This document shows, piece after piece, positions 1 through 9,833 of a DNA stretch of 64,000 nucleotides. Position 1 is the first letter of the stretch. Every line of letters begins with the position of its first letter. The stretch spans positions 1,856,001 through 1,920,000 of the forward strand of contig CP084167.1 in assembly GCA_021513715.1 (NCBI GenBank), given 5' to 3'. The position numbers and the translations under genes are program-made. This stretch comes from Candidatus Heimdallarchaeum endolithica (lineage in GTDB: Archaea; Asgardarchaeota; Heimdallarchaeia; Heimdallarchaeales; Heimdallarchaeaceae). The notes below the pieces were generated by a model. That model worked only from the letters and a program-made list of their open reading frames with translations. It made no database searches and was not told where the DNA came from.

Positions 1-75
1 AGAATCTTTCCTCAATAGTTTCCCAAGTGGTTTTTTGAAAAAAGATCTATTTTTTGTTGGTAAAAAATAATTCAT
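1..75 (-). CDS. N-terminal fragment of a DUF359-family protein (GTP-dependent dephospho-CoA kinase), runs off the window start
   Basis: Manual translation from ATG at 75: MNYFLPTKNRSFFKKPLGKLLRKDS. The LP..R..K.PLG.L pattern and position after spt4 match the usual archaeal rpoE1-spt4-DUF359 order. Confidence 0.6.
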   Translation of the reverse strand, partial: MNYFLPTKNRSFFKKPLGKLLRKDS

Positions 76-98
76 AGAAAAAAGAGAACACAACTTTT

Positions 99-287
99 TC
101 ACCGAACTCTTAGCGCGTATCTTCCAGGAGTTGTGATATTCATTCTTTTTGCTATTTCGCTTCCTTCAACTTTTAATATGAACACTTCACCAGTGTATTC
201 TGAAGACAAATCTTGGACTCTACAATGAGGACAAATGTTGACATTATCTTCAACAATTATGTGACACACTCTACATGCTTTTGCCAT
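99..287 (-). CDS. spt4: Transcription elongation factor Spt4 (RpoE2)
   Basis: KACRVC...CPHC zinc ribbon, SEIAKRMNITTPGRYALRVR; follows rpoE1. Confidence 0.95.
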   Translation of the reverse strand: MAKACRVCHIIVEDNVNICPHCRVQDLSSEYTGEVFILKVEGSEIAKRMNITTPGRYALRVR

Positions 288-292
288 TTAAA

Positions 293-886
293 TCACTTTT
301 TTTCTTCTTCAGTTTTTTTATCAAAACTCTGTTTCCATTCTTCAATCCATTCATATGCTCCAAGAGCATCCTGTTTCATTGTCAATCCCACTTGAATTTC
401 TGTTTTTCTTACATTAACTGCAATTATTCGAGCTCGAACACGTGTATTTACAATAAGGTCCCTTTTCGTTTTATCGCCCCTAAGAAGGCCATTTTTTGGA
501 ACATACCTAAAGTAATCATCAGCTATTTGGGAAACATGACATAATGCATCGATTGTTCCAATTCTGCAAAACGCTCCAAAGTCTGTACATTCAATAACAA
601 TTCCTTCAACTATTTCATTAATTTCTGGGAGATAAGTTAATAGATCAATATCACACTCGTAATACACAGCTCCATCATTTGGGACAATTTTTCCTCTATA
701 AACTTTATCAATGCCTGAAACTGCAACAATAATTCCTAATGCTGGATCAATCTTACCTTCTATACTTTCTCTTGCTATTTGAACAAGTACTTCCCTCAAA
801 TCTTCACCAAAACGATTTGGAGGAACGCGCAATGTTTCCCTGATTTTCGTATCATAGTAAATAAAAATCACCCACTTTACAAACAA
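293..886 (-). CDS. rpoE1: RNA polymerase subunit Rpo7 (RpoE1); true start probably ATT at 862
   Basis: RVPPNRFG, GKIVPNDGAVYY, FGAF..IG.IDALCHVSQI, GLTMKQ..LG motifs. Confidence 0.95.
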   Translation of the reverse strand: MFVKWVIFIYYDTKIRETLRVPPNRFGEDLREVLVQIARESIEGKIDPALGIIVAVSGIDKVYRGKIVPNDGAVYYECDIDLLTYLPEINEIVEGIVIECTDFGAFCRIGTIDALCHVSQIADDYFRYVPKNGLLRGDKTKRDLIVNTRVRARIIAVNVRKTEIQVGLTMKQDALGAYEWIEEWKQSFDKKTEEEKK

Positions 887-1068
887 TCCTTCTAAAGAAG
901 TAGTTTAGCTTTGCTTTAAAAATAAATCGCTTTTTGACCATTAAAAACAATATGGATTCTGCTAAAAGATGAAAACACAATTATTAAAAGTTCAGAAATT
1001 TGTTTCCAATACAAAACAGTTAAAGTTAAAAACAGCATTATATTTATCGTTATGTCGAGGAATTACAG

Positions 1069-1767
1069 ATGAAGAAAAAGTTGAACTTTATTTCAATTGT
1101 AATCTTATTAGCACTTGTAAATGTTTTTATTCAACATTCAGCAGCGTATATACCAGAGAATACTATTGTTGTCAATCAGATCGTTGACACATATGAAAGC
1201 CATGTTAATAGTAATATTTCAATGTCAATATCAGTAAAGAATTATATGAACTTCACTTTAACAAATATTACTATTTCTCTTAATCTTTCTTCAAATACCG
1301 ACCTTGAATCAGTAAAGTTTACCTCGTGTGATTTTGGACAACTATCAGGAGATAATGTAACACTTAATGAAACAATATTATCTTCATCTGAGGGAATTTT
1401 TACTCCATTAAATATTACAGAAGGTTACTTAACAGAAAAATATTTTGAAGTTAAAATAGATAAAATGGAAAACGGAACCAAACTTTTAGTTAACTTAAAT
1501 ATAACTGCAGAGGAAGAAGGAGATTACACTATCCCTAGAGTTAAGGTCACATACTTGGATAATTGGGGAGATAAAAAGAAAACTGAATCATCTAGAAATA
1601 TACAATTATCATTTAAGGAAGTAGAAAGTTGGTCAGAAGATGTTCCCTATTGGAGAGGGGGAAAGAAACTAACTCCTATGGTGTCTGCTGTAATTTTTGC
1701 TTTATCACCGATTTTAATAGCAATTGCATCTTCGTACATCTTCACAATTAAGATAAGACGATATTAA
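1069..1767 (+). CDS. Secreted Ig-like protein with C-terminal membrane anchor (TRAP-beta/BatD-like)
   Basis: N-terminal signal peptide, beta-rich domain ending in G.Y.IP...VTY, many N-X-S/T sequons, C-terminal TM followed by KIRRY. Confidence 0.5.
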   Translation: MKKKLNFISIVILLALVNVFIQHSAAYIPENTIVVNQIVDTYESHVNSNISMSISVKNYMNFTLTNITISLNLSSNTDLESVKFTSCDFGQLSGDNVTLNETILSSSEGIFTPLNITEGYLTEKYFEVKIDKMENGTKLLVNLNITAEEEGDYTIPRVKVTYLDNWGDKKKTESSRNIQLSFKEVESWSEDVPYWRGGKKLTPMVSAVIFALSPILIAIASSYIFTIKIRRY

Positions 1768-1959
1768 TCTTTTTTCTTTTTTTGTTTAATTAGAGACTAA
1801 ATATCAACCAAAAGAAAAGACACTACTCAAAAACCTTTTCTAAATTATTAAACATACAGAGAATAGCAACCTTATTTACTGTCCTAATATTTTAAGATCA
1901 GTCAAATAAGCTTTTTAGTATAACAAAAGCTTTATTTTTATACAAAATAACAGAACTGT

Positions 1960-2418
1960 ATGAGAAAACTACTTAAGCCTCGTTCTACGATAGCTATTTA
2001 CACGATGCAATACTCCTTAATTGTTATAGCATCAATTTTCTTTATTATAGGTATCATGAGAGTTAAATCGACTGAAACTATGGATGTTGTTTCTTTGGTA
2101 TGGCTTCTTTCTGGAGCTTTTCTATATGTTGCTTCATATATTTATGCAAAAAAAGGTGTTAAAATCATAAAATCTGCTTGCCCCTATTGTTACGGAACTG
2201 GATACATTGATATGGGTACTGGAAAAAATAAAAGACAAGAAACATGTCCTGTTTGTCATGGAACAGGAAAAATGTTGGACAAAGCTACAATTGAACTAGA
2301 AAAAGAGAAAGAAAGAATTCAAAAAGAAGAAAAAGAGAAAGAAAGAATTCAAAAAGAAGAAAAAGAGAAGTTACAAAACCCAGTAACCAAAGAAGAACAA
2401 CAAAATAATAGCCCATGA
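1960..2418 (+). CDS. Two-TM membrane protein with DnaJ-type zinc finger and charged tail
   Basis: Two hydrophobic helices, then CPYCYGTG and CPVCHGTG (CxxCxGxG repeats). Confidence 0.7.
   Translation: MRKLLKPRSTIAIYTMQYSLIVIASIFFIIGIMRVKSTETMDVVSLVWLLSGAFLYVASYIYAKKGVKIIKSACPYCYGTGYIDMGTGKNKRQETCPVCHGTGKMLDKATIELEKEKERIQKEEKEKERIQKEEKEKLQNPVTKEEQQNNSP
2298..2369 (+). repeat. 30-bp in-frame tandem repeat (~2.4 copies) encoding EKEKERIQKE
   Basis: gaaaaagagaaagaaagaattcaaaaagaa repeated with period 30. Confidence 0.85.
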
Positions 2419-2991
2419 AATCATCAGTAAAGCATTAACTACAAACCATGTACGAGTGGCCTTTTTGTTAAGTGTATTTTTTCCTTTAATACTAAAGGGA
2501 TAAAAGTGAATTAGATAGGTTCCTTGCAGTTTTGAATAAAGCTCTCTTCCTGACAAACCTGTTGTTAACCAAGCCATTGCGTGGGCATCATCTTTTATTT
2601 TTCCATTTTTATCTTCTTTCCAACTTGGAAATAAATCCAACAACAAATGAGATGCATTTCCAATTAAAAAGAAACCAAAAACAGGTAAAAGGAAGTTTGT
2701 TCTTTCTGAAACAGCAATTACAGGTAAAGTTAAAATTGCGGGCACTATAGCTGAATGAGTAAGGAAATATCTGTGATGAAAAACTTCTTTCCAAATTATA
2801 TCAAAATCTGGGAATTCAGCTCCAATTATACACATCAAAGCAGATATAACAATCCATAATGAATTGTCCCAACCTGCAAAAAAATCTTTTTCCACGAAAT
2901 AAAGAATAATAATAGTAACAACCCAGAAAAAGAATCCTCCAATAATATGATTTTTTCGATTCATATATATATGTTCTAAAAAGATATACAA
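2371..2991 (-). CDS. Membrane-bound metal-dependent hydrolase (YdjM-like)
   Basis: N-terminal H, PDFD, HRYFLTHS and SHLLLD motifs among TM helices. Confidence 0.75.
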   Translation of the reverse strand: MYIFLEHIYMNRKNHIIGGFFFWVVTIIILYFVEKDFFAGWDNSLWIVISALMCIIGAEFPDFDIIWKEVFHHRYFLTHSAIVPAILTLPVIAVSERTNFLLPVFGFFLIGNASHLLLDLFPSWKEDKNGKIKDDAHAMAWLTTGLSGRELYSKLQGTYLIHFYPFSIKGKNTLNKKATRTWFVVNALLMISWAIILLFFFGYWVL

Positions 2992-3073
2992 TAAGTTTTT
3001 GCATAATTTTATTTTTTTGTTTCCTCAATAGTATTTTTCAAGTATTACATCGCTTTTTTTAAATTAGTGAGAA

Positions 3074-3643
3074 TTGGGGGCTGAGATGGGAAAGGATATC
3101 GAAGTCAAATTTAGAGACTATGAAGTATACAAGTTAAGTATCTGTGGGCCTGGACAAGCAGGAAAGACAAGTTTATGTAAAAGACTTGTTCATAATAAAT
3201 TTACTAGAAATTATAAAGAAACTGTAGGCGCAGAATTTTTTAGTTATAGGTTTAATACAAAAAAAGGAAAAAATGTTGGTCTATTTTACGATTTTGCAGG
3301 ACAACAGCGATTTGTAAGTGTGCGTAATGTTCTTTATTCAGGCACAGATGCTGCAGCAGTAGTGTTTGATGTTACTAAAAGAGATTCTTTTCGTTCTGTT
3401 GCTCAATACATACGAGAATTGAGAAAAAAGCTAAAAGATGTTGAAATAACAATTGTTGGAAATAAAATTGATTCTAAAAAAAGAGAGATTTCATTTAAAG
3501 ATGCAAAGAGAATAGCAGAAAAGCTTGGATGTAAATACGTCGAAACCTCTGCTGCAACTGGTGAAGGATTGGGAGAATTTTTCAAAACATTGATACATTC
3601 TGCAATTTCATATAAGAAGAAAAAAGTAAGCGTTGCAGAATGA
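3074..3643 (+). CDS. Rab/Ras-like small GTPase
   Basis: G1 GPGQAGKTS, G2 TVG, G3 DFAGQ, G4 NKID, G5 ETSA; polybasic C-terminus. Confidence 0.92.
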   Translation: MGAEMGKDIEVKFRDYEVYKLSICGPGQAGKTSLCKRLVHNKFTRNYKETVGAEFFSYRFNTKKGKNVGLFYDFAGQQRFVSVRNVLYSGTDAAAVVFDVTKRDSFRSVAQYIRELRKKLKDVEITIVGNKIDSKKREISFKDAKRIAEKLGCKYVETSAATGEGLGEFFKTLIHSAISYKKKKVSVAE

Positions 3644-3736
3644 GAGATTATAATTACTAAAACTCTTCATAATTTTTAATTCATTAGAAAGATCATCTTC
3701 ACACAAATACTTTTTAAATTAAAAAATAACAAAAAT

Positions 3737-4600
3737 TTGATTACTATGAGTCATAAAATTTCAAAAGTTGCAGTTGTTGGAGCTGGAACAATGGGTGCTG
3801 GTATAGCACAAGTTCTAGCACAAAAAGGATTACATGTAGCATTGGTGGATATAAAACAGGAATTTATAGATAAAGGTATTGAAAGAATTAAAAAATTTCT
3901 AACAAGATCTGTGGAAAAAGGCAAGATTTCAACTGAAGAGATGGAGAAAGCAATTTCCAACATATCACCTTATGTTAACCTTGAAGACGCAGTAGATGGC
4001 GTAGAACTAGTTATTGAAGCAATCGTAGAAAATGAAGAAATAAAGAAAGACCTTTTTAAAAAACTTGATAATATTTGTTCTTCAGAAGTAATATTAGCAA
4101 GTAACACATCAGCTATAAGTATTACTACACTTAGTGAAGTAACAAACAGACCAGATAAAGTTCTAGGACTACACTTTTTCAATCCTCCAGCGATCATGAA
4201 ACTTGTAGAAATAATTAAGGGGAAAAAAACAAGTGAGGAAACTATCCAAAAAGCTATTGAATTCTGTGAATATCTTGGAAAAACCCCAGTACCATCTAAT
4301 GAAGCACCAGGATTTATTGTAAACAGGTTATTATGGAAATTCCTTAATGAGGCATACAAACTACTAGAAAATAATGTAGCTTCAAAAGAAGGAATCGACC
4401 AAGCTGTTAAACTTGGATTAAACCATCCGATGGGTCCATTTGAACTAAGTGACTACATTGGCTTAGATGTAATGCTTAACATTGGAGATTATATTGCATC
4501 AAAGTTAGGTGATGAATATAAACCTAGTGAAATTCTAAGAAAACTTGTCGAACAAGGTAAACTAGGTAGAAAAACTGGAGAAGGTTTTTACAAATATTAA
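3737..4600 (+). CDS. hbd: 3-hydroxyacyl(butyryl)-CoA dehydrogenase
   Basis: GAGTMGAGIA, ASNTS, HFFNP, GFIVNR, HPMGP, GRKTGEGFY. Confidence 0.92.
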   Translation: MITMSHKISKVAVVGAGTMGAGIAQVLAQKGLHVALVDIKQEFIDKGIERIKKFLTRSVEKGKISTEEMEKAISNISPYVNLEDAVDGVELVIEAIVENEEIKKDLFKKLDNICSSEVILASNTSAISITTLSEVTNRPDKVLGLHFFNPPAIMKLVEIIKGKKTSEETIQKAIEFCEYLGKTPVPSNEAPGFIVNRLLWKFLNEAYKLLENNVASKEGIDQAVKLGLNHPMGPFELSDYIGLDVMLNIGDYIASKLGDEYKPSEILRKLVEQGKLGRKTGEGFYKY

Positions 4601-4667
4601 ATTATTTCTTTTTTCTCTCAAGATAAGCTATAAGTCAAACTTATATAGTGGTCAGTTTTATATATCA

Positions 4668-5624
4668 ATGAAGTATATGCCCTACGATACCATTAACATA
4701 TCTGGCGAAAATAAGAAAGCATTACGACGTTGTCCAGATTGCAACAGTACAAAATTAAATTTTGATTCCCAGCGAGGAGAAACAAGTTGTGCTATGTGTG
4801 GTCTTGTAATTGAAGAAGGATTTATAGATACAAGTCAAGAGTGGCGGGCATATAATCATGATCAATTTGAGAAGCGAGCGAGAACAGGTTCTCCGAAAAA
4901 CTTGCTAACTTATGATAATTATGGCACTGTAATTAGTTATTCAAACAAAGATATTTTTGGTAATAAGATCTCAGTTAAAAAAGCAAGCCAAATGTTTCGC
5001 CTTAGAACATTACAAAGGAGAGCTGTCTTTCAATATGGAACAGAGAGAAATCTATTATTTGCACTAAGTGAAATCAAACGAATAGGAAGCCAATTAAATC
5101 TTCCACAAAAGATTCAAGAAACTGGTTCTATAATATATCGTAAAATTCTAAAAACAGGATTGATTAGAGGTAGATCTACTGAATCTTTAGTTGCAGCAAG
5201 CGTATATTTAGCTTGTAGGTTGAATAAACAACCAGAGACACTAGATGATGTAGCAAAAAAAACGAGATTATCTCGCAAAAAATTGGCAAGAAATTATCGC
5301 TTATTGTTAAAAAACCTTGATATAAAAATTCCTCTTGCTACTCCAGACACAAAATTAGAAAAATATGCTAGCATTCTTAATTTTCCTCCAGAAGTAGTTA
5401 ATGAGGCTAAAGACATATTAATTAAAGCAAAAGAAAAGAAGATTACTGTAGGTAAAAACCCTAATTCACTTGTTGCTGCTGCTTTATACATATCTGCTAT
5501 TAAAAACGGACATACCTGTGCTCAAAAAACTATTTCAGAAGTATGCCAGATCACCGAAGTAACATTAAGAAATAGGTATAAACAATTTCTTAAGACATTA
5601 AAAATTAAGATTGTACTAAAATAG
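4668..5624 (+). CDS. tfb: Transcription initiation factor IIB
   Basis: CPDC...CAMCG ribbon, EWRA, ERNL..AL.E, two cyclin repeats, TEVTLRNRY. Confidence 0.95.
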   Translation: MKYMPYDTINISGENKKALRRCPDCNSTKLNFDSQRGETSCAMCGLVIEEGFIDTSQEWRAYNHDQFEKRARTGSPKNLLTYDNYGTVISYSNKDIFGNKISVKKASQMFRLRTLQRRAVFQYGTERNLLFALSEIKRIGSQLNLPQKIQETGSIIYRKILKTGLIRGRSTESLVAASVYLACRLNKQPETLDDVAKKTRLSRKKLARNYRLLLKNLDIKIPLATPDTKLEKYASILNFPPEVVNEAKDILIKAKEKKITVGKNPNSLVAAALYISAIKNGHTCAQKTISEVCQITEVTLRNRYKQFLKTLKIKIVLK

Positions 5625-5712
5625 CATTTTTTTAGTAAATAGATTTTTAAGAAGTAAAATTGTAAAAACCATATAAAGTAGAGTTTTTATAATCAATTAT
5701 TTTTATTACTCA

Positions 5713-6051
5713 GTGAGTATAATGAGTCTAAAAGAACGATTAGAGCAATTTGCACAGGAAATGAAAGATTGGGAAACTCGAAAAACATCCATAATGGGAG
5801 TCGAAATTGCAAAACTTCCTTCAAAAGGAGGAGATTTAAATCTCGCTCTAAAAGTAGTTCCGACTGATGAGGAAGGAAAACCACTTAAAAGAAAGGGCGT
5901 TTTTATAACTAGTTTAGAACAATGGGATTCTATGAGACGTATCTTTAATGATGAAAAGGCTACAGAACTTATAGAAAACATAGAAAAAATGAAACAAAGA
6001 AGAGAGATAAAGGAAGATAAAGAGGATACTGAAGAAGTATTTGAACTATAA
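5713..6051 (+). CDS. Conserved-looking archaeal hypothetical protein
   Basis: Clean ORF with upstream TATA-like element; globular composition with acidic tail. Confidence 0.6.
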   Translation: MSIMSLKERLEQFAQEMKDWETRKTSIMGVEIAKLPSKGGDLNLALKVVPTDEEGKPLKRKGVFITSLEQWDSMRRIFNDEKATELIENIEKMKQRREIKEDKEDTEEVFEL

Positions 6052-6075
6052 TTCTCTTTTTCTTGAGGGTTTTAA

Positions 6076-7377
6076 ATGAAAGCTGTTATTCTCGCTGCAG
6101 GAAAAGGAGAAAGGCTAAGACCTTTAACAGAAACTACTCCAAAACCCATGTTAAAGCTTTTAGGAAAAACTATTATTGAACGGCAGTTTCTAGCTTTGAC
6201 TAAAGCTGGAGTAAAAGAATTCATTATTGTCACAAATTACATGGAAGAAAAAATACAAGAGCATATTGCGTCAATAGCCCCACCACATACTTCTATAATT
6301 TTTGTTCATCAAGAGAACGTAAGAGGAACAGCCGATGCATTTCTAAGTGTAAAAAGTTATCTTGATGATGATTTCTTTATAGGTTTAAATGGAGATTGTG
6401 TTTACTCTCCTCAAATTATAGAAAAGGCAATAGATGTTCTAAAGGAGAAAAAAATTGGTTTAGGAGGAAAGCTAGTAAAGGACACACACAACTACGGAAT
6501 AATTCAGTTAGATGATAAATATCCTACTGCAATCATAGAGAAACCTCCAAAGGGAGAGATAGAAGAAGGCTATGCAAATATCGGTATTTATGTATTACCA
6601 ACTGAAATAATCAATATTCTAGAAGAAATGATTAAACAAAAGGAAATCTCCCCAAGAGGAGAATATGAATTTCCAACAGCCATAAACAAGCTTATTTCCC
6701 ATGGTGACTACAAAACTGCATTAATAAAGGTGGAAGAAAAAGATTATTGGTTTGATATTGGATTACCGTGGACTTTACTAGAAGCTAATCAAAAACTCCT
6801 TTCTTTATGTGACGAAGAAAAAGAAGGAAAAATAGAAAATAATGTTCACATTGAAGGAAAAGTGATCATAAAAAAGGGTGCTATTATTAGAAGTGGTGTA
6901 TATTTACAAGGTCCAGTATTCATTGATGAAGGAGCAGACATTGGACCAAATTGCTACATACGGAAATACACTTACTTAGGAAAAAACACTAGAATAGGGA
7001 ATGCTTGTGAAGTGAAAAATTCGATCATTTACGACGGAACACATGCTGGGCACTTATCCTATATAGGAGATAGTATAATTGGAGAAAATTCTAATTTTGG
7101 GGCAGGAACAATTACTGCCAACTTAAGACTAGACGATAGAACGGTTAAAATGATTATCAAAAACGAGAGAATCGATAGCCAAAGAAGAAAACTTGGAGCA
7201 ATCATAGGCAACAATGTAAAAACAGGTATTGGGGCATTATTTATGCCTGGTGTAAAAATAGGACATGACACATGGATCGGAGCAGGAACAATCGTAAATG
7301 AAGACGTAGAATCTAAAATGATATATTATTCAAAACCTAAAAACATACAAAAAGGAAAAGAAACTAATGTTGGTTAG
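6076..7377 (+). CDS. glmU: Bifunctional sugar-1-phosphate nucleotidylyltransferase/acetyltransferase (archaeal GlmU)
   Basis: LAAGKGERLRPLT..PKP, hexapeptide repeats, HLSYIGDS, ANLRLD, KLGAIIG. Confidence 0.9.
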   Translation: MKAVILAAGKGERLRPLTETTPKPMLKLLGKTIIERQFLALTKAGVKEFIIVTNYMEEKIQEHIASIAPPHTSIIFVHQENVRGTADAFLSVKSYLDDDFFIGLNGDCVYSPQIIEKAIDVLKEKKIGLGGKLVKDTHNYGIIQLDDKYPTAIIEKPPKGEIEEGYANIGIYVLPTEIINILEEMIKQKEISPRGEYEFPTAINKLISHGDYKTALIKVEEKDYWFDIGLPWTLLEANQKLLSLCDEEKEGKIENNVHIEGKVIIKKGAIIRSGVYLQGPVFIDEGADIGPNCYIRKYTYLGKNTRIGNACEVKNSIIYDGTHAGHLSYIGDSIIGENSNFGAGTITANLRLDDRTVKMIIKNERIDSQRRKLGAIIGNNVKTGIGALFMPGVKIGHDTWIGAGTIVNEDVESKMIYYSKPKNIQKGKETNVG

Positions 7378-8977
7378 AGAACAAAACGCAATAAAGAAAG
7401 AGTGGAATGAGGAAAAAATCAAAATTGGCTTGGTTTATCCTCAAACTTATCGCGTGGCTATGACCTCATTAGCGATACAATTACTTTATTTTCTTTTCAA
7501 TAGTTGGGATAATTTCATCTGCGAAAGAATATTTAAACCCTTAAACCCTACTCAAACCCCTTATTCTTTAGAAAATCAGAAAAATATGAAAGATTTTGAT
7601 ATTATAGCTATTTCATGTCAATTTGAATTTGATTATATTTATGCAATAGAGATGCTTCAAAAAGCGGGGATAGAACCTGATGTGAGGAAAAGAAAAGAAA
7701 GTGACCCTCTAATTATGATAGGAGGACCATCTGTAACCGTAAACCCCTTCCCTATATTGTTTGTACCTGATATCTTTTTTTTAGGAGATTTTGAACCAGT
7801 TGAAAATCTATTTAGAAACGCACTCAGTGAACAGTCAAAGAAATTAAGAATTGAATCACTTCTAGATGTTCCTGGGGTCATCAGTTTTGATTATTCTTAT
7901 GACAAAAATGGTAAATGGATTGGACAAAAAGTTCAATCAGTAAAGATTAAAGATTTCTCAAAGACTTTTTACCCTATAAAGCAAATTATTCCTGAAAATG
8001 TTCAAGGAACAAAAAATGAACCAGTATTTGGGAAAGCATATTATTTGGAAACTGATAGAGGATGCAACCAAAGATGTAACTTTTGTATGGTTGGACATTG
8101 TCGCTTTCCTAGAGTTGGTAGAACACTTGAACAATTAACTAAAATTATAGATCTTGCTTCAGAGCAAAATGATTTTGATAAAGTTATAATTTACGGGAGT
8201 GCAGTAGCGCAATCAGGAAATTTGGACAAATTATTGGAGCATATTGTTAATTTGGGATACGAAGTCTCTTGTTCTTCATTTAGAGCCGACTATATAACAG
8301 AGGAATTACTTACAATTTTAAAGAACGGTGGACAAAGAACTTTAACTTTAGCTCCAGAAACAGGAGATGAAGAATTAAGATTAGACATAAATAAAATCAT
8401 GTACGATGAAGATATTTTTAATGCCATTGATATTGCATGGAAAACAGGATTTAGGAAATTAAAATTGTACATGATCTATGGTTTCCCCTTTGAAGATGAA
8501 ATAGTAGAACAGAGAAATATTGACTTTGTTAAAAACATAAGAAAAAAATATTTTCCCACTGGAAAAATTTCTGTTTCAATTAACCAACTTATTTCTAAAG
8601 CAAACACACCTTTCCAATTCGCACCGATGCTCACAATTAAAGAATCCAAGATGAAGCAACAAAAGTATAAGAAAGAAATTTACCAAATCAAAAACACCTC
8701 TCCCGGTTTCTTTGAACCAGAGTGGGCAGCAATACAAAAAATACTCTCATTAAGAGATCAAGTTTACCTTCCATTTTTATTAGAGATAGCACAATTGAAG
8801 AATAGTATTGGTAACTGGAAGAGATTATTAAAGAAAAATAATAACAGCTTTGATAAAGAATTACTCTGGCATCCAGAAATAAAAGATGAACTGCCTTGGG
8901 ACAACATAACACACAATTTGTCCAAAAAAACAGTAGTAGCAGCATATCTAAAATATATGGACAAAAGAGCAAAATAG
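7367..8977 (+). CDS. Radical SAM protein with N-terminal cobalamin-binding-like region
   Basis: YPQTYRVAM, RGCNQRCNFC, LAPETG, KLYMIYGFP. Confidence 0.8.
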   Translation: MLVREQNAIKKEWNEEKIKIGLVYPQTYRVAMTSLAIQLLYFLFNSWDNFICERIFKPLNPTQTPYSLENQKNMKDFDIIAISCQFEFDYIYAIEMLQKAGIEPDVRKRKESDPLIMIGGPSVTVNPFPILFVPDIFFLGDFEPVENLFRNALSEQSKKLRIESLLDVPGVISFDYSYDKNGKWIGQKVQSVKIKDFSKTFYPIKQIIPENVQGTKNEPVFGKAYYLETDRGCNQRCNFCMVGHCRFPRVGRTLEQLTKIIDLASEQNDFDKVIIYGSAVAQSGNLDKLLEHIVNLGYEVSCSSFRADYITEELLTILKNGGQRTLTLAPETGDEELRLDINKIMYDEDIFNAIDIAWKTGFRKLKLYMIYGFPFEDEIVEQRNIDFVKNIRKKYFPTGKISVSINQLISKANTPFQFAPMLTIKESKMKQQKYKKEIYQIKNTSPGFFEPEWAAIQKILSLRDQVYLPFLLEIAQLKNSIGNWKRLLKKNNNSFDKELLWHPEIKDELPWDNITHNLSKKTVVAAYLKYMDKRAK

Positions 8978-9060
8978 TAAATAGAGCAAGCATAGAACTT
9001 TTTCGAGAGCAAGATTAGCTAATCACTTTTTACAAAAATCAAGTGGATAGCAAAGCAGAT

Positions 9061-9190
9061 GTTTATAAAGAGAATGTGTACCTTGCATTAAGGTGTAGTT
9101 ATCAGATGGGTGTCTTTACAAGAAGCACCTATCTTTTAGGCAGAGGAAGTCACCTTTTTGTCTACTGGAGAAACAAAAATTATTCTCTCT
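9061..9190 (+). promoter_or_regulatory. TATA box plus structured 5' leader of the rps13-rps4-rps11 operon
   Basis: TTTATAAA at 9062-9069; hairpins 9104-9134 and 9137-9164 with G-U pairs favouring the + strand. Confidence 0.45.
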
Positions 9191-9336
9191 TAAGGTAATA
9201 TTTAAAAAAATACTCTATTCGTTTCTTTTAGAGGATAAAAAGACAGTATAACAAATCAATAATTCGTCGGTTTATCCATTGAAACGCGAAGCTCGATTAA
9301 TAATATCATTAATGTCGAGCGCCACGAAGAAAGATC

Positions 9337-9819
9337 GTGGGATCAAAAAAAAAGGTGATAAAGATTTCGCATGAATCTGGATTTAGGTATTTAGTACGTG
9401 TAATGAGCACAGATATAAAAGGTGATTTACCAATCCATTTAGGATTGACAAGAATAAAGGGAGTTAACAGGCGATTAGCAACTCTCATTGCTAATAAACT
9501 TGAAATCTCTTTAGATACTAGAATTGGGACGCTTACTGAAAAATCAATTAAAGACATTGAAGCTATTTTGGCGAACCCATTAGAATATAATATTCCTCCT
9601 TATCTTTTAAATCGTCGAAAAGATCGTTTTTCTGGTGAGGACAGGCATATTACAGAAGCACAACTAGTTTTAACTACCAAACAAGATATTGAACGGTATA
9701 TTAGAACTCGTTCTCGCCGTGGAATTAGACACCAATATGGTTTGAAGGTCCGAGGACAACGAACTAGAACCCATGGTAAGAAGGGTACCACCGTAGGTGT
9801 GTCAAAGAAGAAGAAATAG
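9337..9819 (+). CDS. rps13: 30S ribosomal protein uS13
   Basis: FRYLVR, IKGV, NRRKD..SG, RGIRH..GLKVRGQRT. Confidence 0.97.
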   Translation: MGSKKKVIKISHESGFRYLVRVMSTDIKGDLPIHLGLTRIKGVNRRLATLIANKLEISLDTRIGTLTEKSIKDIEAILANPLEYNIPPYLLNRRKDRFSGEDRHITEAQLVLTTKQDIERYIRTRSRRGIRHQYGLKVRGQRTRTHGKKGTTVGVSKKKK

Positions 9820-9833
9820 AGAAGGTGTAGATA

